From contig MU058213.1 of NCBI GenBank assembly GCA_013265495.1, forward strand, positions 3,162,001 through 3,226,000: a stretch of 64,000 nt of DNA, read 5' to 3'. The notes under the pieces are model-generated. The model saw only the letters and a program-made list of their open reading frames with translations. It did no database searches and was not told where the DNA came from. Both the position numbers and the translations under genes were made by a program. This stretch comes from Vicugna vicugna (lineage: Eukaryota). Positions within the stretch are counted from its first letter, which is position 1. Every line of letters starts with the position of its first letter. Below, in pieces: positions 50,133-64,000 of this stretch.

Positions 50133-51959
50133 AGCTGGCCTTTAGGAATGTTAATAGAGAAAACATTTTAGCTCAGGTTCAACTCACAGTAGCTTTCTAT
50201 TTTTCAAGATTATAACCAACCCACACTACATTTAAAACAAGTAGATATATGTATAAAGGGACTTAGATTTATATTTGATTTTCCCAACTAGAAATACCAA
50301 TGAAATTGTTTATAAAGGACTTCCAAATCTTTCAGAAAATATTAAGCAATATAATACAACCTCAAGGTGAAGTTTACTAAACAAAAAGTCTATTTATAGT
50401 AATAGAACTTTAGGGACACCTCACCCTTCAGGTTGTAACTATTTTAAGATAATTAAATCAGGGCTGGGTTAATATTTATCTTCACCAATGGAAGGTAGAG
50501 GAAGAAACTTGTTTTAAAAAATAAACTATTTTCAGGCACTTCATTGGTAATTTTGGCATAAGAGATATAATTAATATTAATTAATCAGTATGCTTCACTT
50601 CTTTTCTAAGTAATACTGTACAGTAAGCATTTTTTCTGAAATTAAGTTTCTCAGGATAGACTTCAAAAAACTAAAATTTCAGGATTCAAAGTCATGAAAT
50701 TTTTTTTACTTCTTGATGCACTTTGTTAGTCTTTTAAAATGGGGTTATTAATTTACCTGGCAATCATCAGTGAAAGTGCTGTTTCACTGTCAAAACTGGC
50801 TATCATAATTTTCTTAAACACTCCCTGTGGTTTTTACTTACTTTTTTAAAAAAACTGTTATGTTTCCTACCATGATATGTCTTTATCATTGAGACTAATA
50901 TGTTAATTATCTTTGCTTCGTAAGAGTTACAGTACTTTGCCTATTTTTTTATGTAGGTATAAAAAAGACTTTATGAGGAAAATATATTAATCCTTTGTTA
51001 TTCTAGATAATGCTCCCAATCTGTGGTCTGCCTTTTTAATTTTGGGTGACTATGTTTTCATGTACAGATTAGGCAGTTAAATATATCAGTCCTTTCCGTT
51101 ATAATCTGTCACTTTTAAGTTTATAATATTCTTCTTTCTCAAAGGTTAAAATAACTTCCTCCTAGTTTCTATCATGTGATTTTAAATCAGTATTAAATAA
51201 TTCATCTGAGTTTTATTTTTATTTTTTAAAAATAACTAATTTCCTAATATTATTGAGCTGGTTTCCTATGTCTTGTTCTTTATATAATAAAATGTAAGCT
51301 CTAGGACGTTTATATTGTTCATCATTGTATTTCTAGCATCTAACAATGCCTGGCACATAGTAGGTACTCAGTATTTGTTGAACGATTTGATTGAGTGATT
51401 AATAAGGTCTGTATAGTCTGTTCCATTTGAATTCCTTCATCTTCATTATTGAAGCTTGATGTTTTTTACGTATTTGACTTTACTAAGGATAAAACATGTT
51501 AACCTGCATGTGCTAGAAAACAACATGTACTTTGTATCCATTCTTTTTAATATTTTGCTCCCTCCCTCCCCAAACAGCTAAGTTACTTACATTTTAAATA
51601 TTTATTAAATATACATAGGTTAATTAAATATTAAATTATAATAGACAGCACCACTGTCTACCCAAGTGTCCCTCTTCCTCACCAACCACATCCAATAAGT
51701 CACCAGGTCCTATGAGTTCTACTTCCAAAATGTCTCAAATTTATTTACTAGTCTTTCTGTACCACCACTCTTCCATAAATCATCAACAATCACATGGACT
51801 ATTGTACCTCCTCTCCACATGCATTCAAGATTCTAACAGCAGCCAAAGTAATCTTACTAAAATACAGTACATTGCTCTGTACCAATATGTGCAATTCAGT
51901 GGGTGCTCTTCAATGTACTCGAGAGAAAAGGACTCCCAAGAAGGAGAGTAGAAGGGGCT

Positions 51960-53290
51960 AAGTTTTTTTGTTTTCCTCTGTTCTGTTTTTCCAGCTTTAC
52001 TGAGATACAATTGATATATAACATTGTGTAAGTTTAAGCTGTCCAACATGATGCTTTGATAAGCATGTATATTGTGAAATGATTACCACGATAAGATTAG
52101 TTAATACATCTATCACCTCACATCATTACAAATTTGTGTGTGTGGGAGTGGTGAGAACATCTACTTTTAGCAACTTTCAAATATATAATACAGCATTGTT
52201 ACCTACCATCACCATACTGTAATTAGATCTCCAGAACTTACTCTTCTTATAAGTTTGTATCCTTTGTCCAAAATTTCTCCATTTCCCCCACCCCCCAGCC
52301 CCTGGCAGTCATCATTCTACCCTCTGTTTCTGAGTCTGACCTTTTTTCCCCCAGATTCCACATATATATGAGATTATACAGTATTTGTCTTTCTCTGTCT
52401 GACTTAACTTCACTTAGCATAATGCCCTCGAGGTCCATCCATGTTGTTGCAAATAGCAGGATCCCCTTTTATGGCTGAATAAATATTCCATTATATATAC
52501 ATGCATATATACCAAAATTTCTTCATCCATTCTGATGAACATTTAGGTTATTTCCATGTCTTAGCTATTGTGAATAACGCTGCAATGAACATGAAAATGC
52601 AAACATTGCTTCAAGACAGTAATTTCATTTCCTTTGGATCTATATACCCAAAAATGGAATTGTTGGATCATATGGTGGTTCTATTTTTAGTTTTCTGAGG
52701 AACCTCCATACTGTTTTCCATAATGGCTGCACTAATTTATATTCCCACCAACAGTGCATGAGGATTCCCCTTTTTTCCACAACCTCACCAACTCTTATTG
52801 TCTCTTGACTTTTTGATAATAGCCATTCTCACTGTGGTTTAGATTTGCATTTCCCTGATGGTTAGGGATGCTGAGCATCTTTTCATGCACCTGTTGGCCA
52901 TCTGTAAGTCTTCCTGGGAAAAATGTCTACTCAGATCCTCTGCCCATTATTTAATTATATTGTTTGGTTTTTTGCTATTGAGTTGTATGAGTTCTTCAGA
53001 TATTTTGGATATTAACCCCTTATCTGATATATGGTCTGCAAATATTTTCTCCCATTCCATAGGTTGCCTCTTCTGCTATTCCTGTGCTGTGCAGAAGCTT
53101 TTTAGTTTGATGAAATCACACTTACTGATTTTTGCTTTTATTGCTTGTAGTTTTGTTGTCATAGTCACAAAATCATTATGAAGACCAACTCCAAGGAGCT
53201 TTTTCCCTGTGTTTTCTTCTAAGAGTTTTACATTTAAGTCTTTGATCCATTTTGAGTCACTTTTTTCTGAGTGATAAAAGATAGGATTGG
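51960..53290 (-). mobile_element. 5'-truncated L1 (L1MA-like ORF2 end plus 3' UTR)
   Basis: Minus-strand remnants SKWIKDLNVKLLEEN...KLKSFCTA and MDLEGIMLSEV, with a T-rich tail at ~51960. Confidence 0.92.
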
Positions 53291-53362
53291 ACCTAAGTTT
53301 AAATAACTGGGGGTTTTTTAGAACTTCATAATTGAGAATTGTTTTATGCATTTATCTTTTAG

Positions 53363-53710
53363 GATAAGAAAAGTACTTCAGCTTCAAATTCAGACACAGA
53401 AATGAAACCTGAACAACTGCCTCCTTGTGTGAACCCAGGCAATCCTGTGTTTTCATGTATGTTGGACCCAAAGACACTCCATACAGCTACCTCACTATCG
53501 AAACCTAAGATGATTATGTATAAAACCAATTCGAGTAATTACGGTGAATTTTTACCTATGCCACAGTTTCTCCCCTGCTATTATGCTCCAAAGGATCAAG
53601 TGTTTTCAAGCCGTATCAGAGCTACTGGATTTTATCAAAATAACACTCTAAACACTGCGCCTGACAGAACAAGAACCCTTGATTTTCCTAATTTTCAACA
53701 CACTCTATGA
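53363..53710 (+). CDS. PIERCE2: PIERCE2 (piercer of microtubule wall 2) coding exon 2
   Basis: atcttttag| acceptor. Translates DKKSTSASNSDTEMKPEQLPPCVNPGNPVFSCMLDPKTL...YKTNSSNYGEF...NTAPDRTRTLDFPNFQHTL*. Confidence 0.96.
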   Translation, partial: DKKSTSASNSDTEMKPEQLPPCVNPGNPVFSCMLDPKTLHTATSLSKPKMIMYKTNSSNYGEFLPMPQFLPCYYAPKDQVFSSRIRATGFYQNNTLNTAPDRTRTLDFPNFQHTL

Positions 53711-53862
53711 AAATATATTACTCCTAAAGAGAAAATACACTCAGGAAAAAATGAGTTTTAAATCTAAGGCTAGGATACTTAATTTGAAATATAAAAAGAT
53801 TTGTATTAATTTTTTTAAATACCTAAAGCATTACAAAAGATAACTGAATGAGTGACTTCTTA

Positions 53863-53890
53863 AATAAAAATGTGTTCAAAATAGAATAAA
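53863..53890 (+). terminator. PIERCE2: Candidate PIERCE2 poly(A) signals
   Basis: AATAAA at 53863-53868 and 53885-53890. Confidence 0.65.
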
Positions 53891-55159
53891 ATGTAAAAAG
53901 CATTTCATTATATCCTAGTTTTATTTAGTTCATGTAACTCTAAAAGCTTCAAAAGTATTTCAGGACCTCAATTGTCTACTGAGTATATTTATCATGACAA
54001 AGGAACACAGGAACTCTAACATGAAAAACTGGAATTAAGGAAGATTCTGACCAGTAATTTCCTGCTTTTCAGTTATTTCGACTAGTAGCTTAGAACGTGG
54101 AGGAATATTAGTTCCCACAGCCAAACTGGTGGAAGAGAAGACTTCATTCATTCATTTATTGAACATCTACTCATGGTAGGCACTATACGATGCAAATGGA
54201 ACACAGTAATAAAATACCATGTCTTTTACTGTTCCAATAAACAACATTTTGGAAAAATGAGATCAGTAAATTAGTAACACATGATAATTTATGTACTGTA
54301 AAATATCTAAAAGGTCTTTCAGACACAGAGACAGAATTGCTTAAATTGAGACCAAAGCAATCTGGAGAAACATCCTGGAGGAGGTAAAGCCAAATCAAAG
54401 GAAAGGTCAGTCAGGCAGAAGAAACGTTATGCATAAAAGAACAGAAATGTGAGAGAATGTTGCATATTTTTACAAATGCAATTACTTTGATATATCTTAA
54501 ATAGAGAGCATGAGTAGTGGTGGATGATGGACTGTTCAGTTATTTAAACTCTGTAATCCCATTGTATACAGAGATTTATTTGGCTGCCATCTGTTGAAAC
54601 CTCCTGTTCAAATAGATCTGAGTACCTTTACTGGAAAAAAAAATCACTGTTCTTATTTTTCCCTGTTGGTTCAGGATATTCACATCAATTAAAGAATAAT
54701 CTTTTGAGTCACTAGGGGATCAGAAAAGTTAGGTTCAGAAAAGTTGAACCTTCTATTTACAAAAATAGCTTGATGTAAGAAAACAGCTCAAACTCTGCAG
54801 CTTCATAAAATGCTTCCAACTACCCCAAAATATGGTATTTGGTAATGGCACAAGAAAGAAAAAAATCAGTTTTGTTCATTTCCTCTAAAACATCAAAAAT
54901 CAAGGCAGTGCACAAGATTTCCAGGTGAATAATGCAGCAGAATTTCAGTTTACCAGCCTTTTCTCTGCACAAACTATACACACTATTTCCCCCCTTCACT
55001 GTAGGTGCTTGATTTGTGGCAAGTGAAGTCAGCTTTTTAATATGTAGAATCTAGAGATTAAAGTTCCTTGCTGTGATAGGTGGTTAGGCCCTGTTTTGTT
55101 TTTGTTGTTGCTAAAGTAAGAGAGGATGAATATCTCAGAATCAAGCATGTAGTCTGAAA

Positions 55160-56300
55160 TGCCAATTTGTCATTCAGTGCCTATTAAAGTCCAAGGACTA
55201 TTCTAGGCACTAAGTACCTGCCTTCATGGAGGTGAGAGTCTAATAAATTCTAGTAGGGGAAACAAACCAAAAACACGTGTATGAATATATGTATACATTC
55301 ATATATAAATGTTATAGAATCTAAATATGTATATGTTTCTGTTACACATGTGTATGTTATACATGTTTATGCACATACAAATATTTATAAATATTTATAT
55401 GTACATATAAATATGTAACTGTAAAATAGCTGCACATATTTACATGTAAATATTTACATCCATATGCATATAACATTCATGTATTTATGTTACACAAATT
55501 TTATCTATGTAAAAACTTTATTTGCATGTTCTTTACATGTAAATGTTTATATATGTCTACATGTGTAAAATACGCCAGGCAATAAGAGTTACGAGGGAAA
55601 AATAAAATAGGGTTGGGGAGGCGTGCTTGGGCAAGGAGTTATTTTAGGTAGGGAAGGGTATAAACTGGTATTTGATCACACTCCTGAAGGAACTGAAGGG
55701 GGTTCAAGCTGTTGAGGCAACTAAATATCAAGTCTGGAGTTCAAGGGAGAAGCCCACGTTGAATATAATCAATTTAAACAACATCTACACAATGATATTA
55801 TTTAAAATCATGAGACCAGATAAGACAACAAAGTGTAGGCAGAAGAGAGACCTGAGGACAAATCTCCAGGGAACTCTAACATTTAGAAGTCGGGGATGAT
55901 CAGGCATAAACAGATGAGACCAAGAAGTGACGAGTGAAGTGGGAAGAAATGAGGAAGAGTGGGATGCCCCAAAGCCACATAAAGAACTTGTTTCAATATG
56001 AGGGAATGGCCCAGCTGTGTGAAATGATTTGGGGAGCTAGTGCATGGACTGAGACCTGAGGGTTTGATTAGGCCTGGAGAGATCACTGGTGACCTCAACA
56101 AGAACTGTTCAGTGAGGTCCTAGAGAGAAAAACTATACTGGAATAGATTTAAGAAAGATTGAAAGAAGTAAAAACTATGTTTTAGTCATTTTGCTGTACG
56201 CTGAACAGAGAAATGCGGTGATAGCTAGAAATAGACGTGGGGCAAAAGGTTCCTTTTTAAAGATAGGATTATAATATAGCATATTTGTATTTTGATGGAA
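55160..56300 (-). mobile_element. L2 LINE fragment containing an AT-rich low-complexity tract (55275-55570)
   Basis: CATTCAGTGCCTATTAAAGTCCAAGGACTATTCTAGGCACT L2 tail plus a purine-rich L2 body, with a (TA/CA/TG)-rich insert. Confidence 0.65.
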
Positions 56301-57268
56301 CCACATTTTGAGAACCACTGACCCAATGGTAATCAGTTCTATAAAGAAAAATCAAAGGTATGGATAGGATAAATACAGAATTATTCACCAACTTATAGTA
56401 TATTTAGAACTAGGATGCATAAGAACAACATATAAGAAGCATTAGCATATTGGCTGTAAAGTATTAATTAAACTACTCTGCGAGATATACTAAATAAAGC
56501 AGTACATTTGGAATATGCTATCCTAAAATGTAAAAAATAAACATACTCTGTTACCGCCCCCCTCAAAAGACTCCATTTCAGATACCTGTTTAAACAATCA
56601 ACTCTCCTGGAAAATATTTAAAGCACATTAATTAAAAAACTCACATACTTTAGGCAAACTTTCCTACCTTTACACAATTATCAGAATATTTGAAGTTTTA
56701 CTTCCATTTCTTGACTCATCAATTCTGGAAATATGGCATGAGCTCTCAGCTTTAAATGAAACTGAAGGCTTTTCTTCCTAGAGGAATATTTTATCAGTTT
56801 GGTTAGGTCTTTTTCCTCTTTTAGCTATAAACTAAAAGATTATCATAAATATAGTTTACTCCATGAAGAATCTAATTAATATATTTGACCAAATGATATT
56901 GATTAGCTTTATTACTAACTATAATAGCTCAAAATTATTCTGAGTTTATTATGTTCTAGGTACTATACTGAGCAGTTTGTTTACTAAACAAAAACCATGT
57001 TTATTTAGGTCATAAAAAGACTAAAAGGAAGTATGTTGTAAGTATCATCAACAGCAGTTCCTTAAAGAGAATATCTTGATAGATGATCTCAGGGTCATAT
57101 GCCTTTAAAACATTTAAGAAGGGGAAATCACATGTTAAAGAGAAGATGCTGGTAACCTGGTAATGACTTTTAAAATTAACCTGGTTTTATTGTTAGTACA
57201 GGAGAGTTAGTTACAGTGAAGTAAGCCTTGAGGGAATTATCCTAAGCTTTGTAGGAATGAAGAAGCCT

Positions 57269-58447
57269 GTTACGGGGAGTTGGAATGCATGATGCTATGA
57301 TACATTCCATTCATCAAACTAATTATCCTTGTTCTGCGTTCATGTTTGCCAAGCAACTCTGTGATCTGATTTACCTGATACATAGTTTGCTTATAAAGAG
57401 AAATGAATTGTCATATGACCTACCGTGACCATGAATGTCCTCAATTTCCGATTATGAATTAATAATAAGTAGGCAGTCTGTCTTGTTCATTCTCCAGAGC
57501 TTCGTTAATGTGCATGTGATCCTCGGAGACGGGTCAGCTCTTGAGGATGCTCTTGGGTCTTTGTCTGAGACTGAGCCAGAACAATTACATAAGGTAATGA
57601 AACACACCCCTGTTGCCAGGCTTCTTGGGAAATCACCTCCTAACCTTTTCCCCTGATGGTGTGTGAAAAATCCTTTGCCCTTTTTCTCCAAATAGATGAG
57701 GTTTGTTGGAAAGTACATGGCTTGCCACTGACAAGTGGTCTCTCCTTGACCAAATTCTAAAGACTCCTCTGAGCCACTTTTTCAACTACACCTCATCCTT
57801 GTGGAAGCAGATAGGGGAGGGGGTGCCTGGGGAAAAAGAACCAGATATAGCTTCTTGACATAAGAGAAGCCATTTCAGGCCTAGCCATTTTGTGATCTAA
57901 GCCTGGCACAATGCTTGCCCTTGAACAGGTCTCAGTCATAATGACCTAAAGGGAAAAAAGAACAAAAAAAAACAAAGGACTCTTATCAGGAAAGAGAAGT
58001 AACAATAGCAAAGATAACAAATCAGATAATAAAGACTCCCAGTTCTGTTTCAATAGTAAAGATTAGCCTTTACTAAAGATGAAGCACTTTCTTGAGCCGT
58101 TTTCCAGAATTTAACCCCTAGAGGGCTCGAACACCAGATCTGGTGAAAACTAAGGGTTGATGATGTTGACTCTGACCCTCATGACTTCAATCATCTAAAT
58201 CTTGGACTCTTTTCACCTTTACGCCAATTCTCTGCTGAATTCTCTGCCCAGGCCCTTTCATGAGTATGCATGTACCCTGGGCTTACAACTTCCCTGATTT
58301 TGCTGTTTCAGGAGACATTGCTTTGGGAAAGATCCCTGGGGTTCTTCCTACTTGCTGCAAGTATTAAATCCTTCCTTCTGCTCTTTGCCTTGGTTGTGTC
58401 TTGTGGCTCAACACCCACCAACAGGTGAACCCAGCGTTCGGGTAACA
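57269..58447 (+). mobile_element. Cluster of LTR fragments; best defined is ~57800-58447 ending ...GAACCCAGCGTTCGGGTAACA
   Basis: TG/CA-bounded segments and ERV1-like U5 (ATTAAATCCTTCCTTCT...GGCTCAACACCCACCAA). Subfamilies were not determined. Confidence 0.6.
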
Positions 58448-60130
58448 TTTATGTGTAAATCATCACACAGTAGTAGGGGATTAAAGAACTCCAATTAACA
58501 TTACAACAAATGTAATGGCTATTATTTACCTTATTCTCCTCTTGGTATCAAGATTAATTTCAATCAAATGGTTGGCATTAGAAAAAGAAAAGAACTACCA
58601 TAACAGTTTTTTCTTTTAACAATCTTTTATTCATAGGTTTTAATGATAACACTATTATTTGGGAGGCATGTTTTTATCATAAGTGAAATGAGAAGTCTGT
58701 ATCTATATTTTAACTCTATCACTACTTCAGTCTAAGACAAAAGTCCCTTAATAGAAGATTGTTCAAAAGAAGTCAAGTATTTCACGAAAACAAGTGATCA
58801 TCTGTTGCTTTTAAACCAAGACTTTACTTACAGGATAGAGTCAAAATAATAAATAAGTAGTTAAGAATCCCTTCTACCACCTCCAGAAACACATCTTTTG
58901 CCCTTAGGGCAGCTATTGGGCCCAGTTTTTTGTTTTCTGTTGAGAGGATAAGAGAAAGAGCCTGAGGAAAGACTAGGTTGGTTACTGTCTTTAAATGTCA
59001 AATTGGTACTTGAGACACAGAAGAATCACTTTTATTTTGGTTACATTTATTTTTCAAAATCAAAACAAACCAGGGTTGACTATGAGAAAAAGCAATCCTG
59101 CCTCAACAGAAGGTCAGGACTGCTACAGAAGTTATCAAAAGTCGCTTTGTAGATGTAAAAGTTTCACTATTGCTGAGCTACGATATCTTACATATTCAAA
59201 AAATATTGCATTAAAAAAAGAAAAGAGGTTGTATTATGATCCACTTGAATGACAGTAGATGACCACATACCATAACAATTTATTCCTAAAAATTGTTTTC
59301 CTAAAAACCCTCTAAATATAATCAGAGAATTGTAACAACTATTAGATGCAAAAGGGAAGCTGTCCCGGTTTTGCTTCCTGCTTGCCTCATCACAGTGCTA
59401 CAACACAAATGGTGGTGCAGTCCACTGCCAGGAGTGGAATACTCTAACATTTCCACCCTTTGCTGTCTTTTTCCCCCCTCGTGTACTTGAAGGTACTAGA
59501 AAACAATCTCACCAGAAAACTTATCACCACCAGATAGTGTTATGAAATATGATGAATGCTTTGGTGAACAGTGCCAAAGTTAAAGATAAGGTTTTCCAAA
59601 CAGTTGTTTCACTAAGGTAAACTGGTCTAACCCCAAACAACAGGGGGTGGAGCAGTAGTTTTTTTTTAAAGGGTCTGTGCATTTGAAAACTAAGTGAAAA
59701 CATCAATATTTATGATTCAGACAATTAAATAGTGCATTTAATCCAAACAAAATACTTTATAAACACGATCTTTTAAACTTCTACCTTGTTAAAAATGAAT
59801 CAGCAAATGTCCTAGTAGTCACACCAACAAATATTTTGTTAGTAGTTATTAGGGCAAGCTGAATTCAGTAACAAACAATATATAATTAAATTATGTAGTA
59901 ATATGAAGCAAAGAATTAAAATAGATTATTCTTATTTTGATTTACTTATTCAGATATCAAATTAAACATTCCATCTTCTACAGATTTATAGTATTCTGCC
60001 CTCTACAGAACTAAAGAGAAAGTGATTCTGCACAATCAGCCGTAATACGTACAGATTCCTAACACCTCCAGGTATGTCTGTAAAACTTAGAACAACGCCC
60101 AGTACCATACCTAGTTGTTTCCAGTAGTTA

Positions 60131-60295
<165 letters not shown>

Positions 60296-60571
60296 CTAGT
60301 TTCTAGACAGTATTTTTAAAAAAACAAAAAGAATCACTAAGTCCATGGTTCAGGGCAAGTATCAGGTTTTAAATCAGACTCCCATCTTCACATACCTGGT
60401 AGTATCTCTAAGAGACAGAAGAAATTTTTCAGTAATTTCAGGAATAATTATAATGATTTCATTCAGGATTCAGGAAGAAGCAGTTGTTTTAAACAGAACA
60501 AATAAGCTAACAATTTAAACTCATTAAAGCATGTATAGGACTCAAAACTCATATATCAAAAGGACATTTTT

Positions 60572-60826
60572 ACAAGGAGCTATTGTAAAACAGAGGCAAC
60601 TATATTTAATTTCTTGTAATGAGCTGTAATCGAAAATAAACTGAAAAAATGTATCTATGTGTGTACATATATGTAAAACTGAATTGCTTTGCTGTACACC
60701 TGAAACTAACATTGTAAATCAACTACACTTCAATAAAAAATAAGACTTAAAAAAATAAATAAAATAAGGTCCTACTATATTTCACAGGGAACTATATTCA
60801 ATACCTTGTAATGGTCTATTAAAAAA
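60572..60826 (+). mobile_element. Two tandem short L1 3'-UTR fragments
   Basis: GCTGTACACCTGAAACTAACATTGTAAATCAACTACACTTCAATAAAA followed by a second L1 3' piece; flanked by near-identical AAA(G)GACATTTTT. Confidence 0.7.
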
Positions 60827-61772
60827 AAGACATTTTTTATCATCTCAATGAAAAAGTAATAAATGTCATCTTATTTCAAAATTCTGAATTTTAAAAAACA
60901 ATTTTAGTAGATTCAATCCATACTTTATATAATTTATACACTAATATTTGTGCTTTTTTTGGGTAGTTATCCAATCTACAGAGTTTCTTTGAAGAAAATT
61001 GGTTAAAAAGGAAAGCATTGTGGACTAGTTGTTAAAAATAAGTAACTGAACCTAAATCTTTACCAAAAAAATCAGTGGGAAGAATTTCTTTGGGAGTAGG
61101 TAAACCTGAGTTCTAAGTGCTGTTGATCTGCTGTGCCACTTCAGGCCAATCACTTAACTTCTCCAAGCCTCCATTCCTTCATCTTTAAAAATGAAGGGTC
61201 CTTTTAGCTCAAAAAGGTCTATGATGCTATAATTTCTAAAGAATGCTTACAGTGTTTCATTCGTGTCTTAATAATTTTTCTCCTCATGAAGCTGGGTAAG
61301 ACTCTAAAAAACGAATAGGCATATAAACCTAATTTGGATACTCTGGGTAGAAAACTCTAAAAATGGCAGAAACAATCTTACAAACAAGTCAAAAATTATT
61401 AAGCTTTATAAGCTAGAGTCCATTCCCTGGCAAGACATCATCAGGAGTAGGCCTCCAGGCCCTGAATGAGGGGGAACTGAACAGGCATCGAAGGGAGGTA
61501 CTGGAAGAGGAGCACTGAAGAGAGGACTCTGGGGCAACATGAGTAAGTGCAGACAGTCCTTAAATACAGTAAAAGTGAAAAGCTATGAAAATGAATTAAA
61601 TGCTATGGCTTCTACATACATGGGACTGAATTACAAACTTTAGTACAGTTTCACAAAAATAAGCAACTGATCATACGTTGTCGCAGATCAGTTATTTCTG
61701 AGCTTATGTACGTATGTAGTGTCTGTGTGTGTGTAAGACCAAAGAAGCTCATTTTAAACTTTCCATTATATC

Positions 61773-61900
61773 AGCTCACGGTGAAAAAGAATGCGACAAT
61801 GAATGTACGTAAGTTTACATATAACTGAAAAAGTGTGCTCTACACTGGACACTGACACAACATTGTAAACTGACTATAACTCAATAAAATAAAATTTCAA
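61773..61900 (+). mobile_element. Very short L1 3' end with target-site duplication
   Basis: ...ACATTGTAAACTGACTATAACTCAATAAAA, flanked by AAACTTT(T)CCATTATATC at 61756-61772 and 61901-61918. Confidence 0.85.
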
Positions 61901-62238
61901 AAACTTTTCCATTATATCTTAAGTGACTCATTTATATTCTTTATCACACATCTTTCCATAAAAATGTCTGACACTGCATTATTTCCCTAGACCTTAACTT
62001 GTTCACATCTTGTTTTTTTTCTTTTTTCAAGTATAGTTGATTTCATACCTTGTTTTAATTCCTTTCTACAACAATGATTTTTTTAAATATTTCAAATCAT
62101 TTTTTGTTTTGTCAGGTATATTGCAAAGAATAAATTCAATGCTAAAAATGTAAAATAATGGAATCACCTAGAATAATCCCAATGACTTTTTCTTCACAGT
62201 ATAACTTGGAACTTAAAACATTTCTATCAATTTCTTAC

Positions 62239-62344
62239 CTTCTATGTACAATTCTAGTTGACAGAATGCTGTTCCACGTCGTATGTGTGCCTTCATCCTT
62301 GCATTAGCATTGTCTGCAACAGGTGGCGTCAACAATTCTAGTGC
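62239..62344 (-). CDS. DNAAF4: DNAAF4 penultimate coding exon
   Basis: ttttgtaag| acceptor and GAAG|gtaag donor. Translates [35 protein letters not shown]. Confidence 0.96.
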
Positions 62345-63290
62345 CTTACAAAACAACAACAAGGGAAAGATGTAATTTCCTAATTTAAACTTGAAAAACA
62401 TGATAAAAACCTAAAAACAAGCCTCAAGCCCTCAGCCACCTAAATTTTTGGCTTAGTTGGGACAGGAATTTATCAAATACATTTATGTTGAACAAGTTTA
62501 GGAATTGCTTAACTGTTCCTGTATGAGATTCATATCCCTGCCCCCAAACTTATGGTTTGGTTTATCATTTGAAGCCTTTACAGGGATGAATAAATAGCAT
62601 TTGTGGTCTTCTGTCCTCAAATTGGGTGACTCAGTTTATTCATTCATTCAATAAATTTTTGTTTGTGCATGAAATTGTGCTAGTAGAAAGGAAAACTGGA
62701 TCGTAAAAATACTGTCGGATCTTTAATAGCTTAATGAGATCAAAGCATTAAGACTTGAATGTTTCTTCCATATTCTCAATCTCAAGGAGCCACATAAGAG
62801 GTTTCTCATGTGATTTCCCTTAAAACAAGTTACTGTGTTATATAATAAAAGGCAAAAAACTAGACATTTAAGATAATGACATGACATTAATTATGGAAAT
62901 TAGGATACTGAGTTACTCTGCAAACGGGAAAATGATTATGAGATATCCTTCTACTGTGCAAGTGGTAGTGACATGAAGTGTTCGCCTTTCCACCTTGCAT
63001 TAAGTCTGCAAAACTTTAATAAAAAAGGTGAACACAAACTGACAACCATTTACTAATTTTCTTAACTTCAGCTGATACAACAAGGCAATACAGTAACAAT
63101 TGATAGGGGATCTCTAATCTGACTTGAAATCTCTAGATACACTAGTTCCTTGTCTATTTAAAAAATATTTTTAAGGAAAAAGATGTAATAAGCAAGATGA
63201 TTCTTAAAATCCTGCCATCTCAAATTTAAATTTAATTGGCAAAAGATAAGGGCATCATTTAAACCAATAAACAGCAGCATATCAATTTTA

Positions 63291-64000
<710 letters not shown>

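Noticed and set aside
49210..53351. Several 60-107-aa ORFs
   Set aside because: Fragments of L1 ORF2 or its antisense strand, not host genes.

Overview
This is mammalian genomic DNA, most likely camelid given a Vic-1-like tRNA-derived SINE at ~1.9-2.0 kb. It is syntenic with the human 15q21.3 block. In order it holds: the last three coding exons of PIGB (+); the complete CCPG1 gene (-; non-coding exon 1 plus 8 coding exons, giving an 810-aa spliced isoform and a 761-aa intron-read-through isoform) with intronic MIR628; a CpG-island bidirectional promoter shared with PIERCE2/C15orf65 (+; 2 coding exons, 121 aa); and the last three coding exons of DNAAF4/DYX1C1 (-). The rest is intronic or intergenic DNA with L1, L2, MIR, LTR and a Tigger-type MITE. 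I found no new protein-coding gene or novel enzymatic system. Gene identities rest on my recall of the human orthologues, not on a database search. The best hypotheses are regulatory: (1) a two-uORF CCPG1 leader with an AUGA stop/start overlap and an out-of-frame ORF spanning the CCPG1 start codon; (2) ATF4/C-EBP (CARE) motifs in CCPG1 intron 1; (3) CCPG1 poly(A) signals inside the PIGB terminal splice-acceptor tract; (4) a 5'-intact, sense-oriented L1 promoter fragment just upstream of CCPG1 exon 3; (5) RFX X-boxes on the PIERCE2 side of the promoter.
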